Notes under the pieces: generated by a model
The model's input: only the letters and a program-made list of their open reading frames with translations
What the model was told of the DNA's origin: nothing
The model's database searches: none
Position numbers and translations under genes: made by a program
Origin: Candidatus Xenobia bacterium
GTDB taxonomy: Bacteria; Vulcanimicrobiota; Xenobia; Xenobiales; QWHO01
DNA: 64,000 nucleotides
Assembly (NCBI GenBank): GCA_045863235.1
Contig: BTUM01000040.1
Location: 1 to 64,000 of the forward strand
Direction: 5' to 3'
Shown: piece after piece, positions 15,036 through 24,913 of the stretch
How positions within the stretch are numbered: the stretch's first letter is position 1
Layout: every line of letters begins with the position of its first letter

Positions 15036-18000
15036 ATGGAGCAGTTGGGCCTCTTTGGAGAGCGGCTCGAGCAGCCCGCCTCCCCTACCCGCCGCCGGCC
15101 ACGCAACACGCGGGCCATGCGCCCGCTCTTGCCGCCCATGCCCGAGGGACCGCCGCGCATCCTGCCGGATACCTCCGACAAGATCCTCGACGGCCTCACC
15201 GAGGCTCAGGAAGAGGCCGTCTGCCACGGAGCGGGCCCCCTCTTGATCATTGCCGGGGCGGGCACCGGCAAGACCACCGTGGTCACCCGCCGCATCGCCT
15301 ACCTGATCGCCAGCGGAGCCGCTCGCCCGGCGGAGATCCTGGCCCTCACCTTTACCGACAAGGCGGCTGCCGAGATGCAAGAGCGGGTGGACATGCTCTT
15401 GCCCTACGGCTATGCCGACATCCAGATCTCCACCTTCCACTCGTTTGGCGACCGGGTGCTGCGCGAGAACGCCATGGAGCTGGGCATCACCCCCGACTTC
15501 AAGGTGCTCTCCCAGCCCGAGCAGGTGCTCTTCCTGCAAGACCACCTCTTCGAGCTGCCTCTGGACCGCTACCGCCCCCTGGGCAACCCCACCGGCCACC
15601 TGCAGGCCCTGCTCTCTCTCGTCTCGCGTGCCAAGGACGAGGACGTCTCGCCGGCCGACTACCTGGCCCTGGCCGCCCGGCTCAGCGAGGAAGCCTGCGA
15701 CCCCGACTCCGAAGACCGGGCCCGCACCCAGACCGAGCTCGCTCAGGTCTACGCCGCCTATCAAGAGTTGATGGCCCGCGAGGGCTTCCTCGACTTCGGC
15801 GATCAGGTCTACCTGATGCTGCGCCTGTTCCGCCAGCGTCCCTCGGTGCTGGGTCGGTTTCAGAAGCGCTTCCGCTTCATCCTGGTGGACGAGTTCCAGG
15901 ACACCAACTACGCCCAGTTCCAGCTCGTCAAGCAGCTTTCCGCCGCTCACCGCAACCTGACCGTGGTCGGGGACGACGACCAGTCCATCTACAAGTTCCG
16001 GGGCGCCTCCATCTCCAACATCCTGCAGTTCACCGAGGAATACCCCGAGGCGGTGCAGGTGGTGCTCAAGGACAACTTTCGCTCCACCCAACTCATCTTA
16101 GACGCGAGCTACCGGCTGATCGTGCACAACAACCCCGACCGGCTCGAGGTGCGCAACCAGATCGACAAGCGCCTCATCTCGCCGCGCGAAGAAGGGCCCG
16201 AGGTCGAGCACCGGGCTTTCGACAACCTCTCGGCCGAGTCCGAGCAGGTGGCCGAGGAGATCAAGCGCCTGGTCGAGGAGGGCGCCTGCAAGTACGGCGA
16301 TTGCGCCATCTTAGTGCGCACCAACAAGGACGCCGACCCCTACCTGCGAGGGTTGAACATGCTGGGCATCCCCTTCCGCTTCACGGGTAACCGGGGGCTC
16401 TACGCCCGCCCCGAGATCCGCCTGGTGATGGCCTTCCTGCGCTGCCTGTGCGACCCGCACGACTCGGTAAGCCTGTTTTACCTCGCCTCCGGCGAGACCT
16501 ATCGCTTCCCCATGAACAGCCTGGTGCTGCTGAACAGCTACGCCATGCGGCGCAACCTGCCCCTCTTGCAGGTCATGCGCGAGCACGCCGCCGAGGCCCC
16601 GCCCGAGGACGGGGTGACCCTCTCGGCCGAGGATCTGGCCACCGTGCAGCGCCTGCTCGAGGAGATCGACCGCTTCATCGGCCGCATCGCCGACGAGTCC
16701 CCCGGGCGGCTGCTCTACCACTACATCACCGAATCGGGCTGGCTGCGCCAGCTGACCGAGAACGGGGGCGAGGTCGAGATCCAGAACCTGGCCCGCTTCT
16801 TCGACATCCTCAAGAGCTTCGAGGAGAACCACCCCCAGGCGCTCTTGCCCCAGTTCGTGCAACACCTCGATCTCCTGATGGAGGCGGGCGACTCGCCCGC
16901 GGTGGTGGAGGCCGATGCCGAGGAGGATGCGGTGCAGCTGCTCACCGTGCACCGCTCCAAAGGCCTCGAGTTCCCGGTGGTGTTCATGGTGGGGCTGGTG
17001 GACGGCAAGTTCCCCTCCCGCAACCGCCCCGATCCCATCGAGTTCCCGGCCGAGCTGGTGCGAGAGTCCTTGCCCGAGGGCGACTTCCACATGCAAGAAG
17101 AGCGCCGCCTGTTCTACGTGGGCATGACCCGGGCCAAGGAGCGCTTGATCATGACCTGGTCGCGCGACGTGGGCGGGCGCCGCGCCCGCAAGGCCAGCCC
17201 CTTCTTGCTCGAGGCGCTGGACCGACCCCGGGCCGACGCGGCCGCCTTCCGGGCCTCGCCGCTGGTGGCCCTGGAGCGCTTCGCTCCTCCCCCGGCCGTG
17301 GGCGGATCCGCCCGGGAGATGCCCTCCGACCGGGTGCTCAACCTGAGCTTTCGGCAGATCGACGACTACCTGACCTGCGCCCTGAAATACAAGTACATCC
17401 ACATCCTGCGCGTGCCCATCCTGCAGCACCACAGCGTGGCCTACGGGCGGGCCCTGCACGAGGCCATCTCGGAGTACCTGGTGGGCAAGAAGGAGGGGCG
17501 CCAGGTGACCCTGGAGGCCATGCTGGCCCGCTACGAGTCGTGCTGGGTCAGCCAGGGCTTTCTCACCCGAGAGCACGAGGAGCAACGCTTCAAGGTGGGC
17601 CGGGCCGCGTTGGAGCAGTTCCACGCCCGCGAGGAGCTGGCCGGGGTCAAGCCGGCCATGGTGGAGCAGGACTTCTCCTTCACGGTGGATCAGAACCGGG
17701 TGATCGGTCGCTGGGATCGGGTCGACGACGGCCCGGTGATCGTCGACTACAAGTCCTCTGAGGTGCGCACCCAGGCCGACGCCGATCGCCGCGCCCGCGA
17801 GAGCCTGCAGCTTGCGCTCTACGCCCTGGCTCACCGCGAGACCTACGCGGTGACGCCCAAGGCTGTGGAGCTCCACTTCCTGGAGGCCGGCCTGGTGGGC
17901 CGGGCCGAGCTCAAGCCGCGCGACCTGACGAAGGCGCGCGAGAAGGTGCTCGAGGCCGCGGCTGGCATCCGCTCGCGGAACTTCGCGGCTGTCCCGACCT

Positions 18001-18056
18001 TCATGGCCTGCCGCTACTGCGCCTACCGCGAGATCTGCCCGGCCACGGCGACTTGA
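15036..18056 (+). CDS. UvrD/PcrA-family helicase fused to a PD-(D/E)XK (AddB/Cas4-like) nuclease
   Basis: AGAGTGKT, LVDEFQD, VGDDDQSIY, TVHRSKGLEF, EERRLFYVGMTRA; C-terminal GRWDRVD..IVDYK, QLALY, CRYCAYREICP; start could be 15117. Confidence 0.92.
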   Translation: MEQLGLFGERLEQPASPTRRRPRNTRAMRPLLPPMPEGPPRILPDTSDKILDGLTEAQEEAVCHGAGPLLIIAGAGTGKTTVVTRRIAYLIASGAARPAEILALTFTDKAAAEMQERVDMLLPYGYADIQISTFHSFGDRVLRENAMELGITPDFKVLSQPEQVLFLQDHLFELPLDRYRPLGNPTGHLQALLSLVSRAKDEDVSPADYLALAARLSEEACDPDSEDRARTQTELAQVYAAYQELMAREGFLDFGDQVYLMLRLFRQRPSVLGRFQKRFRFILVDEFQDTNYAQFQLVKQLSAAHRNLTVVGDDDQSIYKFRGASISNILQFTEEYPEAVQVVLKDNFRSTQLILDASYRLIVHNNPDRLEVRNQIDKRLISPREEGPEVEHRAFDNLSAESEQVAEEIKRLVEEGACKYGDCAILVRTNKDADPYLRGLNMLGIPFRFTGNRGLYARPEIRLVMAFLRCLCDPHDSVSLFYLASGETYRFPMNSLVLLNSYAMRRNLPLLQVMREHAAEAPPEDGVTLSAEDLATVQRLLEEIDRFIGRIADESPGRLLYHYITESGWLRQLTENGGEVEIQNLARFFDILKSFEENHPQALLPQFVQHLDLLMEAGDSPAVVEADAEEDAVQLLTVHRSKGLEFPVVFMVGLVDGKFPSRNRPDPIEFPAELVRESLPEGDFHMQEERRLFYVGMTRAKERLIMTWSRDVGGRRARKASPFLLEALDRPRADAAAFRASPLVALERFAPPPAVGGSAREMPSDRVLNLSFRQIDDYLTCALKYKYIHILRVPILQHHSVAYGRALHEAISEYLVGKKEGRQVTLEAMLARYESCWVSQGFLTREHEEQRFKVGRAALEQFHAREELAGVKPAMVEQDFSFTVDQNRVIGRWDRVDDGPVIVDYKSSEVRTQADADRRARESLQLALYALAHRETYAVTPKAVELHFLEAGLVGRAELKPRDLTKAREKVLEAAAGIRSRNFAAVPTFMACRYCAYREICPATAT

Positions 18057-18074
18057 GAGCCCGGAGCTCGAAGC

Positions 18075-20333
18075 TCAGGGGGTGGACAACTCGTCCACCG
18101 GAAGGGCCAGGGTGAAGATCCGGGGCGGGCTCAGTGTGCCCAGGAATCGAGCCGTCCCGTCCGACCTCGAGCCCACGGTGATCGGCTGGTCGCTGGGCGT
18201 GGCGGCGTAGAACGACTTCCCCGGAGGGTAAGCGTCCGGCAAAAGGCGCTGAGCCAGAGCGCCGTCGACGTAGAGCGAGAGAATTCGGTTGCTCCTCCAG
18301 GTCTGGCCATAAACGGAGAACGAGATGCGGTGAGTCACTCCGCTGCTCAAGGGCTGAGTCTGGAGGTGAACTGCCCTCTCTTCGAGAGTGCCGGGGCGAT
18401 CATCGTAGAGCCTGAGCCTGACCCGGTCGTCGATCCAGTTCAGCTCCCAGCAACCCGGTCGCGAGGCCAGAGTTCGCCGCTGGGTCAGGTCGGTGGTGCT
18501 GGCGTCGATGGAGAAGGTGAAATCGCCGTCGGCGAAATCGAAGCGCGAGTCGAAGGGAACGGCCAGCGTGCTTCCGACCGGTGTCAGCACGGCGGGCACC
18601 TGGCTCTCGCTGGCGTGCCAGCTCTTGTAGCGGGCCAGCATGGTCGCAACGAGCGCGGGATTGGCGGCGGACAGGTCGGTGAGCTCTCCCTGGAAGCTGG
18701 TCACGTCATAGAGACCGGGCTGGCTCTGGTCGGGGCCTCGCACGAGCTTGAAATTTCCCGAGCGGATGGCGAACTGGTCGAGTTGCTCGGGACTTGCTCC
18801 GGCAGCCTTCGCGTTAGCATAGGAACGAAAACGAGGCGCCACCCAGAAATGTTCCGGGGCCGGGCTCCAATGGCCCCGGGTCAGGTTGCTGGACAGATCT
18901 CTTCCTTCCACGCCAGCCGGCGGCAAGGCGCCGGAAAGGCTGGCAAAAGTGGGCAGCAGGTCGAGGCTGGAGCAGACCGTGGCGTTCACCGTCCCGGCAG
19001 GGATTCGTCCGGGCCATCGCGCGATCATCGGGACGTGGATTCCGCCCTCATAGAGCGACCCTTTCCATCCGCGCATGACGGCCTGGCGACGCAAATTCCC
19101 GGCTCGCCCGGAACTGATCCCTCCGTTGTCGCTGACAACCACGATCAGGGTGCTGGCCCCCAGACCGAGCGAGTCGATGTGGTCCACGAGACGACCCACC
19201 TCGCGGTCGAGGTCGCTGATCATCGCGCTGGTCTTCCCTTCGACCGTGGTCAGGTCGTAGCCAAAGGACGTATTGTCGAAACGAGCCGGAACGTGCTGGG
19301 GTTGGTGGGGCGAGACGTGAGCCAGGTAGAGGAAGAAGGGTCCGGCTGAGTTCTGGTTGACGAAGTCGATGGCGCGGTCGGTCAGCTCCTTGCTCAGGTA
19401 GTGATCGTCTGCGCCAGGCTGGCCAAGGGCGGGCATGATCGTGCCAGACCCCCAGGCGGCTCCCAGGATCCGAAATCCCCAGTAGAAGCCCCCGCCTGTG
19501 CTGAAGTCAGGGGAATGGGTAACCCACTCTGCCACCTCGGCAAATCCCCTGACGGCAGGCCGGTAGTCGGACCGGAAACCGACGTGCCACTTTCCGATCA
19601 TGCCCGTGGCGTACCCCTGACCCTGGAGGACCTGAGCCATCGTGGGCACCGAGGCGGGAAGTCCACGGGCAGGTTCCAACCGTGACCCGTCGGAGCGGTA
19701 GTAGGGCTGGATCACATCCGTCCAACCGAAGCAGGCGGGCGAACGGGAGGTGAGCAGAGCGGCCCGGCTGGGCGAGCACTTGGCGGCATTCGAATAGTAG
19801 TTTCGAAAACGCATCCCCTGACTTGCGAGCTGGTCGATGCGGGGCGTCCGGGCCTCCGATCCGAGGTTGCAGCCCAGGTCGAAGAAGTCCAGGTCGTCGG
19901 CTACGATCAGGACGATGTTCGGCGGGGGTTGAGTCGGGGCGGCCGCGACCGGGGGGGAATCCAGCGCCCGCTCCTGGCCCGAGTCCTGGACCACTCCCAG
20001 ATCGACCGTGGCCACTTCCTGCTCCAACAGATCGATCCGGGTCCGGGTCAGGCGAACAACGCTTCCCCCTGCATCCAGGACTTGAACCTCGAGCTCGTAA
20101 CGATCTCGAGGAACCTCCAGGGACAGCAAGCCAGACTCAGGAATCGCCTCTCGCCGAGAGAGGCTGAGTGCTTCCCCCTCGAACGCGAGCTTCGCGCTGA
20201 GGGCCGAGCCCAAAGGCGCCGACAGTCGGACCTCCAGAGTTCCCTGAGGAGGCTGGTCGAGCGGGCCTGCGCTCTCCATCACTCCACCGCACCCGGAGAG
20301 GATGAGGAAGGCCAGGGCGGCTGTGCACCTCAT
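18075..20333 (-). CDS. Arylsulfatase-family lipoprotein with C-terminal LamG-like domain
   Basis: Lipobox LSGC; PNIVLIVADDL, CSPSRAALLT (FGly motif), GKWHVG, SDNG. Confidence 0.88.
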   Translation of the reverse strand: MRCTAALAFLILSGCGGVMESAGPLDQPPQGTLEVRLSAPLGSALSAKLAFEGEALSLSRREAIPESGLLSLEVPRDRYELEVQVLDAGGSVVRLTRTRIDLLEQEVATVDLGVVQDSGQERALDSPPVAAAPTQPPPNIVLIVADDLDFFDLGCNLGSEARTPRIDQLASQGMRFRNYYSNAAKCSPSRAALLTSRSPACFGWTDVIQPYYRSDGSRLEPARGLPASVPTMAQVLQGQGYATGMIGKWHVGFRSDYRPAVRGFAEVAEWVTHSPDFSTGGGFYWGFRILGAAWGSGTIMPALGQPGADDHYLSKELTDRAIDFVNQNSAGPFFLYLAHVSPHQPQHVPARFDNTSFGYDLTTVEGKTSAMISDLDREVGRLVDHIDSLGLGASTLIVVVSDNGGISSGRAGNLRRQAVMRGWKGSLYEGGIHVPMIARWPGRIPAGTVNATVCSSLDLLPTFASLSGALPPAGVEGRDLSSNLTRGHWSPAPEHFWVAPRFRSYANAKAAGASPEQLDQFAIRSGNFKLVRGPDQSQPGLYDVTSFQGELTDLSAANPALVATMLARYKSWHASESQVPAVLTPVGSTLAVPFDSRFDFADGDFTFSIDASTTDLTQRRTLASRPGCWELNWIDDRVRLRLYDDRPGTLEERAVHLQTQPLSSGVTHRISFSVYGQTWRSNRILSLYVDGALAQRLLPDAYPPGKSFYAATPSDQPITVGSRSDGTARFLGTLSPPRIFTLALPVDELSTP

Positions 20334-20427
20334 TCGCAGCCAGTAGCGGGCGTGGTCCATCCATGGCCTGAACCGCATCAAAGGACATTCGCGACCACGA
20401 CAGACCTTCCCGCCCCGCGCCCTGCCG

Positions 20428-20943
20428 TCAGCGAGCGAGGGGCAAAGAGACTCGCTGAAAGACTTGCGCCGGCCCCCAGACCAGCTGCTCCTTCAACTCG
20501 GCCACCCCCGAGGAGAGGGTGACGTTCTCCCCCCACGTGGTGGTCCAGGCCCTGCCGCTCAGCTTCCCCTGCTCGATGGCCCGGGCCACCGGGTCGTAGA
20601 CGGGAAAGCGCACCCCCAGACGCTCGCCCGAGAGCTCGTAGCGAGCGAGCAGGTAGCCCTGCTCGGGCAGCTTCATGCTGGCGTAGCCGTCCCGCGTCAA
20701 GAGCACACGCACTTGCTCGGCTCCGGCCATGGCCCCCTGCTCGTTGAGCGGCTCCACCACCCGCACCACGGTGGCTTCCGGCAGCGAAGGGTGGAGCAGC
20801 ACGTGCAGGTAGAGGTTGTTGTTGGGGTCTTCCTGGCACACCCAGAGGCCTGCCAGGGCCGGGTCGGGGGGCTCGGAGCCGAGCGGGCGCTCGGCCGTGA
20901 TGCACCCGCACAAGAGGAACCCGAGCAAGAAGAGGAGTCGCAT
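20428..20943 (-). CDS. Hypothetical lipoprotein
   Basis: MRLLFLLGFLLCGC lipobox. Confidence 0.65.
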   Translation of the reverse strand: MRLLFLLGFLLCGCITAERPLGSEPPDPALAGLWVCQEDPNNNLYLHVLLHPSLPEATVVRVVEPLNEQGAMAGAEQVRVLLTRDGYASMKLPEQGYLLARYELSGERLGVRFPVYDPVARAIEQGKLSGRAWTTTWGENVTLSSGVAELKEQLVWGPAQVFQRVSLPLAR

Positions 20944-20998
20944 GCCAGACTCTTTCGCCAGGCAGGTCTGAGAATCCGTCGGTGGCGAACGCGGGCCG

Positions 20999-21853
20999 AT
21001 GCGTTGCCTGCTCTGCCTCCTGATGCTTACCGGCCTGGCCCTGGCCCAGCCCCAGGTCGGCCCCATCACCACCCGAGAGGTGGGTCCAGGCCTGTTCGAG
21101 GTGCGCGTCCAGACGGTGGTGACGGGCCTGAGCGTGCCGAAAGTACCCCTGGCCTGGAGCTACCTGCGCTTTGAGGCTCCCCTGCAAATCAGGGGCGAGC
21201 TGCTCGAGGACAGCCTGCTCGGCAGTCTCTACGAGGTGGATCTGAACGGGGACCGACACCTCGGTGGGGTACGGGTGGACCTCAAGAGCGATGGCCAGCT
21301 CAAGATCGACTACTCCCCCGTTCAGGCCCTGGCTCCCGACGCGAGCTCTCCCCAGCAACCCTATCGCGAGGACGGCAGCCCGAAGGTGTTCACTCTCGAC
21401 CCTTACGCGCCCGACTTCATGGTCGACTACTACGCCCCGCCCATGATGGCTCTCGAGCTGCAGTTTCGCGACCACGAGCCCCAGGTGCAGGACTTCCCCA
21501 ACCCGTGCCTGCAGATCATGGTGTCCGAGCCCTGCGTGGGGCCCTCCAACCCGCGCGACCTGCCGGGCGAGCCGAATTTCAGCCTTTCCTTCGACGGACC
21601 CGAGCCGCCCGAGCAGCGGCTGATGTTCAGCTGGAATCCGACGCTGTCCAACCAGTGGCAGCGGGTGGTCTGGGTGGCCATCCCTCTCAAGAGCGGCCAG
21701 CAAGAGACCGTCTTTCGGCTCAACTGCAAGGACGACACCAATCCCGTGGCCGTCAGCGCCCTGATCAACTACGCTCTCGAGCCCGGCAAGCGCTGGCGCA
21801 CCGCCCCCGTCACCAACCCGGTCTGGCCCGGGGCCGGGCGTCCCGGCTACTGA
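20999..21853 (+). CDS. Hypothetical secreted protein
   Basis: Signal peptide MRCLLCLLMLTGLALA; GC3 bias. Confidence 0.65.
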   Translation: MRCLLCLLMLTGLALAQPQVGPITTREVGPGLFEVRVQTVVTGLSVPKVPLAWSYLRFEAPLQIRGELLEDSLLGSLYEVDLNGDRHLGGVRVDLKSDGQLKIDYSPVQALAPDASSPQQPYREDGSPKVFTLDPYAPDFMVDYYAPPMMALELQFRDHEPQVQDFPNPCLQIMVSEPCVGPSNPRDLPGEPNFSLSFDGPEPPEQRLMFSWNPTLSNQWQRVVWVAIPLKSGQQETVFRLNCKDDTNPVAVSALINYALEPGKRWRTAPVTNPVWPGAGRPGY

Positions 21854-21854
21854 C

Positions 21855-23045
21855 ATGCCGCTGGTGAGCCTGGCTAGCTTCCGGCAGGCACTCGCCTGGC
21901 TGCTGCTGGGCTCGCTGGCCTGGTGCCTGTACCAAATCCTGGAAGGTTTTTTCAGCCCGCTGGCCTGGGCTGCCGTGCTCTCGACCTTTTTTGCGCCCTG
22001 GCACCGCCGCCTGCGCACCCGCATCCACAATCGGAACCTGGCGGCGATCGTCGCCACCCTTCTGGTCACCGGGATCTTGATCGTGCCCGCCCTGCTGGTG
22101 CTTCAGGCGGTGGTGGCCGAGGGGATCGCGCTGGCCTCGGGCATCCCGGGCTCGGGCCTGCTGCTCAAGTTGCGCCACAGCCTGGACATCCTGCCCGAGC
22201 CGCTGGCCCGATTCTTTTCCGGCCAGCAGCTCGAGCGCATCGTGGCCGAGGTGGCCGACTGGGCTCGCAGCAATCTGGCCCAGGAGTCGGCCCGTCTGGC
22301 CGGCAACCTGGCCCGCTTCTTCTTCGAGCTGGGCGTGACCCTGTTCGCGCTGTTCTACTTCTTTCGCGACGGGCACTACCTGACCCACTGGATCTCCGAT
22401 CTTGGCCTGATGGGCGAGGAGCGTCGCCGGCGCCTGCTGCATGACGTGGCCAACGACGTGCGGGTAACGGTCTCCTCCACCCTGGTGGTGGCCGCCTCGC
22501 AGGGAGCCCTGGGAGGGCTGATGTTCTGGGCCCTGGGCCTGAGCAACCCCCTGCTGTGGGGCGTGGTGATGGGCATGGTTTCGCTCCTTCCGGTCCTTGG
22601 CCCCTGGCTGGTCTACGCTCCCACCGGCATCTACCTGCTGGTGAACGGGCACTACCTCAAGGGCACCCTGCTCCTGGCTCTGGGCTTCGGGGTGGTGAGC
22701 GGGGCCGACAACCTGCTGCGCCCCTTCCTGATCGCCGGACGCTCTCGTCTCAACGCCCTGTGGGTCTTCCTGAGCGTGGTCGGCGGGCTGCGGGCCTTCG
22801 GTATGCTGGGGGTGGTGCTCGGTCCGGTGCTGGTCAGCGCCGCCGCCGGCTTTCTCAGGGCCGTGCGCGAGGACACCCGGGCGGCCGCCTCCCCCCCTGT
22901 GGTGGCGGAGGAAACCTCCGACACCACAGGATGCAGGCAGCCCAGTGTGGTCAAGGGGCCTGGTCGAGAGGCAGAAACGCCGAGCCAAAGCGAACGACCC
23001 GACCCTCCACCTGCAACCGACCCAGCGCCGCCAGAACCTGAGTGA
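21855..23045 (+). CDS. AI-2E (PerM/YdiK) family transporter
   Basis: Multiple TM helices; FYFFRDG, DNLLRPFL, GGLRAFGMLGVVLGP. Confidence 0.9.
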   Translation: MPLVSLASFRQALAWLLLGSLAWCLYQILEGFFSPLAWAAVLSTFFAPWHRRLRTRIHNRNLAAIVATLLVTGILIVPALLVLQAVVAEGIALASGIPGSGLLLKLRHSLDILPEPLARFFSGQQLERIVAEVADWARSNLAQESARLAGNLARFFFELGVTLFALFYFFRDGHYLTHWISDLGLMGEERRRRLLHDVANDVRVTVSSTLVVAASQGALGGLMFWALGLSNPLLWGVVMGMVSLLPVLGPWLVYAPTGIYLLVNGHYLKGTLLLALGFGVVSGADNLLRPFLIAGRSRLNALWVFLSVVGGLRAFGMLGVVLGPVLVSAAAGFLRAVREDTRAAASPPVVAEETSDTTGCRQPSVVKGPGREAETPSQSERPDPPPATDPAPPEPE

Positions 23046-23967
23046 TGCTCAGGCGGGTGCGCGAGACCAGCTCGTCAGCCGAGCTGCCCCGGGGCGAGAG
23101 CCCGGCCAGCACCCGGGCCAACTCGGGCTCCAGCGGCGGAGTCGGGCGGGGAACCTCTCGAACGAACAGGGACTCGAGGATATGGGCGGCGCAGGCCACC
23201 GGGGTCGCGCCGTCGCGCAGCAGCTCGAAAGTTCCCCGGCTGGTCGGCTGGCCCACGTCCCCGGGCACCACCATCACCTCCCGGCCCGCATTCAAAGCGC
23301 AGCGAGCCGTGATCAGGGCTCCGCTGCGCTCCCCCGCCTCCACCACGACCACCGCGCGACAAAGTCCCGCCAGGATGCGATTGCGGGCCGGAAAGCGCCA
23401 GGCCACCGGGGGCTCCCAGGGGGGGTATTCGCTGACGAGGGTGCCGTGGCGCTCCAGCTGATCCTTGAGGGGCCGGTTCTCGGCCGGATAGTCATGGTCG
23501 AGGCCACAGCCGAGCACGGCCACCGGATGGCTCTCGGGAGAACGCAGCGCTCCCCGGTGGGCGGCCGTGTCCACTCCCCGGGCCAGGCCGCTGACCACGC
23601 TGACCCCCGAGCGGGCCAGGTCGCGTCCCAGCCGCTCAGCCACGACCAGACCGTAAGGCGTGGCCATCCGCGAGCCGACCAGAGCGACCAGGGGCTCGGG
23701 GGGCAGGGCGAGACCGCGCAGGAAGAGCACCAGCGGGTAGTCCTCCAGCTGAGCCAGGAGGGGGGGATACTCGGCGTCGGTGGGCACGATCATGCGGCCC
23801 GGGCGGGCCAGCGCCCGGGCCAGCTCAGCCTCGGGATCGGGTCCTGCCAACCCCATCCGCGACCAGACGGCGCGGGCCGAGCCCAGCTCGGTCAGAAGCT
23901 CTCGCGCCTCCAGGCGCCGCTTGCCGCCGATGCGAGAGAGAGCAAGGTAAGCGGCACGCTCGGTCAT
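22951..23967 (-). CDS. dprA: DNA-processing protein DprA
   Basis: VALVGSR, VVSGLARGVDTAAH, FPARNRILAGL, RSGALITA; C-terminal winged helix. Confidence 0.95.
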   Translation of the reverse strand: MTERAAYLALSRIGGKRRLEARELLTELGSARAVWSRMGLAGPDPEAELARALARPGRMIVPTDAEYPPLLAQLEDYPLVLFLRGLALPPEPLVALVGSRMATPYGLVVAERLGRDLARSGVSVVSGLARGVDTAAHRGALRSPESHPVAVLGCGLDHDYPAENRPLKDQLERHGTLVSEYPPWEPPVAWRFPARNRILAGLCRAVVVVEAGERSGALITARCALNAGREVMVVPGDVGQPTSRGTFELLRDGATPVACAAHILESLFVREVPRPTPPLEPELARVLAGLSPRGSSADELVSRTRLSITQVLAALGRLQVEGRVVRFGSAFLPLDQAP

Positions 23968-24215
23968 GCTGCCCTCCGCCGGTAGTATTCCTCCACCACC
24001 ACGCGGCGCAAAAGCCGGTGCAGGTCCTCGTTGACGAACTCGTAGACCACCTGCCAGCCGTTCTTCAGACGACGGCCGGGCAGGCTGAGCTGCAGGCTTC
24101 CGTCCCGTTCCTCGAGCTTGAGGCCACGCAACCTCAAGCCGGCGTAGTCGAGCTCGGCCACGGCACGAACGCAGCGACCTTCCAACAATGCCATAGAGCT
24201 GATCTGCACTTGCAC
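23964..24215 (-). CDS. SpoVG-like small nucleic-acid-binding protein (83 aa)
   Basis: GGAGG RBS then GTG at 24215; VRAVAELDY-LRLRGLKLEERDGSLQLSLPGRR...VVVEEY matches the SpoVG strand/helix pattern; coupled to dprA. Confidence 0.6.
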   Translation of the reverse strand: MQVQISSMALLEGRCVRAVAELDYAGLRLRGLKLEERDGSLQLSLPGRRLKNGWQVVYEFVNEDLHRLLRRVVVEEYYRRRAA

Positions 24216-24378
24216 TGGGCTACCTCCCATACGATATGCTGGCTCCAGGATAGGCCTTTGGGCACCGCGGGCTCGACCGCGGATGTAACTCGGAAGTGAA
24301 CAGAAGATTTCTGCCGTGTTGCTAGAATTTGAACGGGGCAGGAGTGTGCTCACCTCGCGCACAACTGCCAGAACCACC

Positions 24379-24909
24379 ATGAGAACACGCTCAACCACGA
24401 TCATCTGTGTGCGCCACCAGGGACAGGTGGCCATGGCCGGAGACGGTCAGGTCACCCTCGGGCGCACCATCATGAAGCACTCCGCCCGCAAGGTTCGGAG
24501 AATGTCCAACGGCGGGGTGCTGGGCGGCTTTGCCGGCTCGGCGGCCGACGGCCTGACGCTGTTCGAGCGGATGGAGGCCCGGCTGGAGGAGTTCTCGGGC
24601 AACCTGCGCCGGGCGGCCGTCGAGCTGGCCCGCGACTGGCGTCAGGACCGCATGCTGCGGCGCCTCCAGGCCATGCTGCTGGTGGCCGACAAGGACACGG
24701 TGCTGCTCCTGAGCGGCACCGGGGACATCATCGAGCCCGATCACGGTGTGGCGGCGGTGGGCTCAGGCGCGCCTTTCGCCCTGGCAGCGGCCCGGGCGCT
24801 GACCGAGCACTCGAAGCTGGGGGCGGGCGACATCGCCCGTCACGCCCTCGAGATCGCCAGCGAGATCTGCCTCTACACCAATCGGGAGATCACTCTGGAG
24901 ACGCTATAG
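24379..24909 (+). CDS. hslV: ATP-dependent protease peptidase subunit HslV/ClpQ
   Basis: STTIICVR (N-terminal Thr nucleophile), [30 protein letters not shown]; start could be slightly upstream. Confidence 0.95.
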   Translation: MRTRSTTIICVRHQGQVAMAGDGQVTLGRTIMKHSARKVRRMSNGGVLGGFAGSAADGLTLFERMEARLEEFSGNLRRAAVELARDWRQDRMLRRLQAMLLVADKDTVLLLSGTGDIIEPDHGVAAVGSGAPFALAAARALTEHSKLGAGDIARHALEIASEICLYTNREITLETL

Positions 24910-24913
24910 ACCG

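Noticed and set aside
17300..18056. Cas4 / CRISPR adaptation gene
   Set aside because: The Cas4-like nuclease is fused to a UvrD helicase and there is no cas1, cas2 or array
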